Positions 61,006-64,000 of a stretch of 64,000 nucleotides of DNA are shown piece after piece. The stretch spans positions 29,541 through 93,540 of the forward strand of contig JAEUHX010000076.1 in the NCBI GenBank assembly GCA_016792805.1, in the 5' to 3' direction. The notes below the pieces were generated by a model. It made no database searches. It was not told the DNA's origin and worked only from the letters and a program-made list of their open reading frames with translations. How positions within the stretch are numbered: the stretch's first letter is position 1; each line of letters begins with the position of its first letter. Source of the DNA: Planctomycetota bacterium (GTDB taxonomy: Bacteria > Planctomycetota > UBA1135 > JACQFD01). Made by a program: the position numbers and the translations under genes.

Positions 61006-62712
61006 CTATCGGGCGCGCCAGCGCACGGCGACAGCATCGATCAGGTCGCGGTCGGTGGATTGGGCTGCTTCGAGCGCATCGCGGAAGCGGCGATAGAGCC
61101 GGCGCATCGCCAGGCGAGCGGATGGGCCAAGGTGGCCGCCTTCCGCCTCTCCCATCGCGCGTGCCAGGATCGTTCCCATCAGAAAGAGGTGGGTCGCGGC
61201 ATCGGCGAGCGGCGCGAGCGCGAGCTGTTCGTCGATCACTTTGCTCCGGTGCCGGCGGACGAGTTCCTCTGCGGCGGCGCCAAGTGCGCGGGCGCTCTCT
61301 GCGGCGAGAAGCGCTTCCGAGCGCAGCTCCGGCGGCACGCCGGTCCACTTGGGTGGCGCCAGCGTGCGCCGAACCCGCTTGCCAGCAAAGCGGCCGAGCA
61401 CCGAGGCGCCGGCAATCGGGTGCTTGAGCGCGTTGCCGACCTCCTTCAGCTCCTCGCCGGGGCTGCGCAGCCCCTGGAGTGCAAGAAACAGCCGGAGGAT
61501 TTGATTGGTACCCTCAAAAATGAGATTCACGCGGGCGTCGCGGACGCGGCGCTCGTGCGCATACTCGCGCATGAACCCCGATCCGCCGGCGACCTGAAGG
61601 CAGTCATTCACAATTCGCCAGAGCGATTCGGTCGCGAAAATCTTACAGGCGGCCGACTCGAGGGCGACGTCGCGGGCTCCCGCGTCGAGCTTCCCCGCGA
61701 CCCAGTAGCAGCCCGACTCCATGGCATATAGATCGGCTTCGGCGTTCGCGAGGAGTTCGGCGACGAGGGCGAACTCCACGATCGGTTTCCCGAATTGTTG
61801 CCTTGTTCGTGCGTGGGCGACGGCCTCGTCGAGGGCCGCGCGGCCGAGGCCGAGGCAGCCGGCGGCAAGCCCGTGGCGGCCGCCGTTCAGCACTTCGACG
61901 GCGATCTTGAAGCCTCGCCCTACCTCGCCGACGCGGTCTTCGTCGCGCACGATTACGTCTTCGAAGTAGACGGCCGTCGTGGAGGAGCCCTTCAGCCCCA
62001 TCTTGTCCTCCTCCTTGCCGATGGAAACTCCAGGCGCATCGCGCGGCACGAGGAAGCAGGTCAACTTTCGCTCGCCGGGGCTCTGCGGGTCGGGCGTTTT
62101 CGCGAAGACGGTGAACAGCCCCGCGATGCCGCCGTTAGTAATCCACAATTTCGAACCGCGGAGGCGCCAGGAGCCGTCGGGGAGCGGGTCGGCAAGGGTT
62201 GCAATCGCCTGCACGTCGCTCCCGGCTCCGGGCTCCGTCAGCGCGAACGCGGCGAGCTGTTCGCCCGATGCCAGCTTGGGGAGCCACCGGGATTTCTGCG
62301 CGTTAGTTCCGAAAAGTAGGATTGCTTTGAGGCCGATTGATTGGTGAGCTCCCACAGTTGCGGCCGACGCGGTGCAATGGCCAGCCAGCGCCTGCAGCAC
62401 GCGGCAGTAGGCCGTGTGGGTGAGACCGAGACCGCCGTGCTCGGCAGGCACGAGCATTCCAAAGAGGCCGAGCTCGGCAAGCCCATTGAGAACGGCGCGC
62501 GGAATCTCGGCGCGGCGATCGATCTCGCGCGCGTCGATGTGCTCGCGCGCAAACGAGGTGACTGCTTCCACCATCGCGTCGGTCGAATCGCGCTCGTCGG
62601 CCGGGCGCGCCGGATAGGGAACCAGCAGCTCGGCCCGAAGTTCACCGAGGAAGAGAGATCGCAGAAAGCTCTCGGGCGCGGCAGCTGCCGAACGGGAGCG
62701 GGTGGGAGACAT
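61006..62712 (-). CDS. Acyl-CoA dehydrogenase (long, FadE-like, with a C-terminal extension)
   Basis: ACAD blocks are present (GAFALTEPGAGSD, WITNGG, ...CLQVAGGSGFMREY..ERRVRDARVNLIFEGTNQI). Confidence 0.88.
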   Translation of the reverse strand: MSPTRSRSAAAAPESFLRSLFLGELRAELLVPYPARPADERDSTDAMVEAVTSFAREHIDAREIDRRAEIPRAVLNGLAELGLFGMLVPAEHGGLGLTHTAYCRVLQALAGHCTASAATVGAHQSIGLKAILLFGTNAQKSRWLPKLASGEQLAAFALTEPGAGSDVQAIATLADPLPDGSWRLRGSKLWITNGGIAGLFTVFAKTPDPQSPGERKLTCFLVPRDAPGVSIGKEEDKMGLKGSSTTAVYFEDVIVRDEDRVGEVGRGFKIAVEVLNGGRHGLAAGCLGLGRAALDEAVAHARTRQQFGKPIVEFALVAELLANAEADLYAMESGCYWVAGKLDAGARDVALESAACKIFATESLWRIVNDCLQVAGGSGFMREYAHERRVRDARVNLIFEGTNQILRLFLALQGLRSPGEELKEVGNALKHPIAGASVLGRFAGKRVRRTLAPPKWTGVPPELRSEALLAAESARALGAAAEELVRRHRSKVIDEQLALAPLADAATHLFLMGTILARAMGEAEGGHLGPSARLAMRRLYRRFRDALEAAQSTDRDLIDAVAVRWRAR

Positions 62713-63090
62713 GGCACTTCACGGCGTTTTTTTTGCGCCGTTCCATTGCGGACAACCGCGGCTCGAGCGTAGCGTTTTCGGCGCTCAATGAGCGAAACCC
62801 AGAACGCGACCGACTCCCGCCTGCGAGCCGTGGCAGACACCGAGGCGAGCTCGGCGCCACCACAGCCGGGCGCCCCTTCGAAGGATTCTCCCGCGCGCCA
62901 CCACGCAACGCGCGCCTCCGAGCCCCGAGCGCCGCTTCCCGACGGAAGCGGATTGGCGGGCGCGGCGGCGCGCACGGGTTCTCTGGGCGCCGCCTCGACA
63001 AGCGCTGGCTCTCTGCTCTCATCCGGCGAAAATCTCACAATTCGCACTTCCGACCGCCCCTCGTCACTTCCCCGAACCAAACTTCGATCG

Positions 63091-64000
63091 ATGGCGCACG
63101 CCGAAATTCGTGATTCGACCCGCGGCTGGACCTCGCGCGACGCGGCCGAGCTCTACAATGTTCACTCTTGGGGCGCGCCCTATTTTGGAGTGAACGAGGC
63201 GGGGCACGTCGTAGTGCATCCCAACGGGAACGAGGGGTTCCAGATGGATCTGTATGAACTCGTGTCCGACTTGCGTCGGCGCGGGTTCAGCCCGCCGCTG
63301 CTGATTCGATTCAGCGACATTTTGAAGGCGCGCGTCGACGAGCTCTGCGGCGCGTTCCAAATGGCCATCAAGGATTCGGAGTACCAGGGCGCTTACCGAG
63401 GCGTCTATCCGATCAAGGTGAACCAGCAACGGCACGTGGTGGAGGAGCTGGCGGAGTACGGCCGGCCGCACCACCTCGGGCTCGAGGCCGGCAGCAAGCC
63501 CGAACTGCTCGTGGCGGTGGCGCTCCTCGATGACCCCGAGGCGCTGATCATTTGTAATGGCTACAAGGACAAGGCCTACATCGAGACAGCGCTTCTCTCG
63601 CAGAAGCTCGGCCGCAGGACAATCATCGTGGTCGACCGCTATCGCGAGATCGATACGATCCTGCAAGTGAGCAAGGAACTCGGGATCCGGCCGAATATTG
63701 GTGTTCGCGCGCGCCTCACGACGAAGGGCGCCGGCAAGTGGGTCGAGTCGACGGGCGACCGCTCGAAGTTCGGCCTCACGACGACGGAAATTGTGGAGGT
63801 CGTGGAGCGGCTCAAGAAAGAGGACATGCTCGACTGTCTGCAGCTCTTGCATTACCACATCGGCAGCCAGATCACGGCGATCCGCGCGCACAAGGATGCC
63901 CTGCGCGAGGCCTGCCGCATCCTGACCGAGCTGTACAAGATGGGAGCCAGCATGCGCTACATCGATTGCGGCGGCGGCCTCGGCGTCGATTACGACGGCA
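63091..64000 (+). CDS. speA: Biosynthetic arginine decarboxylase, 5' part (runs off the right edge)
   Basis: My translation from ATG 63091 reads MAHAEIRDSTRGWTSRDAAELYNVHSWGAPYFGVNEAGHVVV...YPIKVNQQRHVVEEL...GLEAGSKPELL...HYHIGSQI...IDCGGGLGVDYDG. It is not in the ORF track because there is no stop within the window. The track ORF 63064..63891 (-) is its antisense. Confidence 0.88.
   Translation, partial: MAHAEIRDSTRGWTSRDAAELYNVHSWGAPYFGVNEAGHVVVHPNGNEGFQMDLYELVSDLRRRGFSPPLLIRFSDILKARVDELCGAFQMAIKDSEYQGAYRGVYPIKVNQQRHVVEELAEYGRPHHLGLEAGSKPELLVAVALLDDPEALIICNGYKDKAYIETALLSQKLGRRTIIVVDRYREIDTILQVSKELGIRPNIGVRARLTTKGAGKWVESTGDRSKFGLTTTEIVEVVERLKKEDMLDCLQLLHYHIGSQITAIRAHKDALREACRILTELYKMGASMRYIDCGGGLGVDYDG

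Noticed and set aside
62721-62738. A hairpin acggcg-tttttttg-cgccgt immediately upstream of the acyl-CoA dehydrogenase start (minus strand).
   Set aside because: The stem is short (6 bp) and lies in a 5' leader. It is more likely incidental than a riboswitch or attenuator, and there is no supporting conserved structure.
62788-63090. An in-frame 101-codon upstream extension of speA from ATG 62788 (MSETQNATDSRLRAVADTEASSAPPQPG...).
   Set aside because: The extension is low-complexity and Pro/Ala/Ser-rich. SpeA homology begins right after the ATG at 63091 (..WTSRDAAELYNVHSWG..), so I prefer 63091. The longer form cannot be excluded without N-terminal proteomics or TSS data.

Overview
This is a 64-kb high-GC bacterial chromosomal window. 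Single 60-nt lines I counted range from about 45-53% to about 73% G+C. The envelope genes are Gram-negative in type: Sec, Tat and lipoprotein signals and an outer-membrane-type C-terminal Phe. The lineage cannot be fixed from sequence alone. The abundance of ECF sigma factors and FG-GAP proteins is reminiscent of Planctomycetota- or Myxococcota-like genomes, which is inference only.

I support 43 CDS, four terminators or hairpins, two candidate ECF-type promoters and four repeat blocks. I found no rRNA, tRNA or CRISPR.

Core genes:
- a BMP-type ABC transporter (18.9-23.4 kb)
- tsaC/sua5, a cytoplasmic hybrid histidine kinase, pruA and metF
- an acyl-CoA carboxylase: carboxyltransferase at 39.9 kb, accC plus BCCP at 46.8-48.9 kb
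- acyl-CoA dehydrogenase, a parvulin PPIase and speA (cut by the window edge)

Accessory content worth a second look:
1. Two tandem multidomain gluzincin proteases and two FG-GAP proteins all end in the same unassigned C-terminal domain of about 110 aa.
2. An ECF sigma/anti-sigma operon carries an M14-carboxypeptidase::S9-dipeptidyl-peptidase fusion lipoprotein and a protein with two P domains plus FG-GAP repeats.
3. A lower-GC three-gene module encodes two paralogous single-pass beta-sandwich-repeat proteins flanking a signal-peptide protein with a C-terminal anchor.
4. A lower-GC block of about 5.3 kb lies between the carboxylase genes. It encodes an ECF sigma domain fused in frame to a TM helix and about 800 aa of extracytoplasmic repeats, plus a Cys-rich orphan.
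5. A second ECF sigma/anti-sigma pair is translationally coupled to a short secretin-like protein, a GT4, a 72-aa coiled-coil protein and a degenerate GT2-like domain fused to a coiled coil of about 600 aa.
6. A split RdgC-like gene pair.
7. A nested-palindrome MITE-like repeat with 36-38-bp tandem arrays sits at two convergent intergenic loci.

Many long ORFs in the six-frame track are antisense or N-terminally over-extended high-GC artefacts, and I re-placed starts accordingly.
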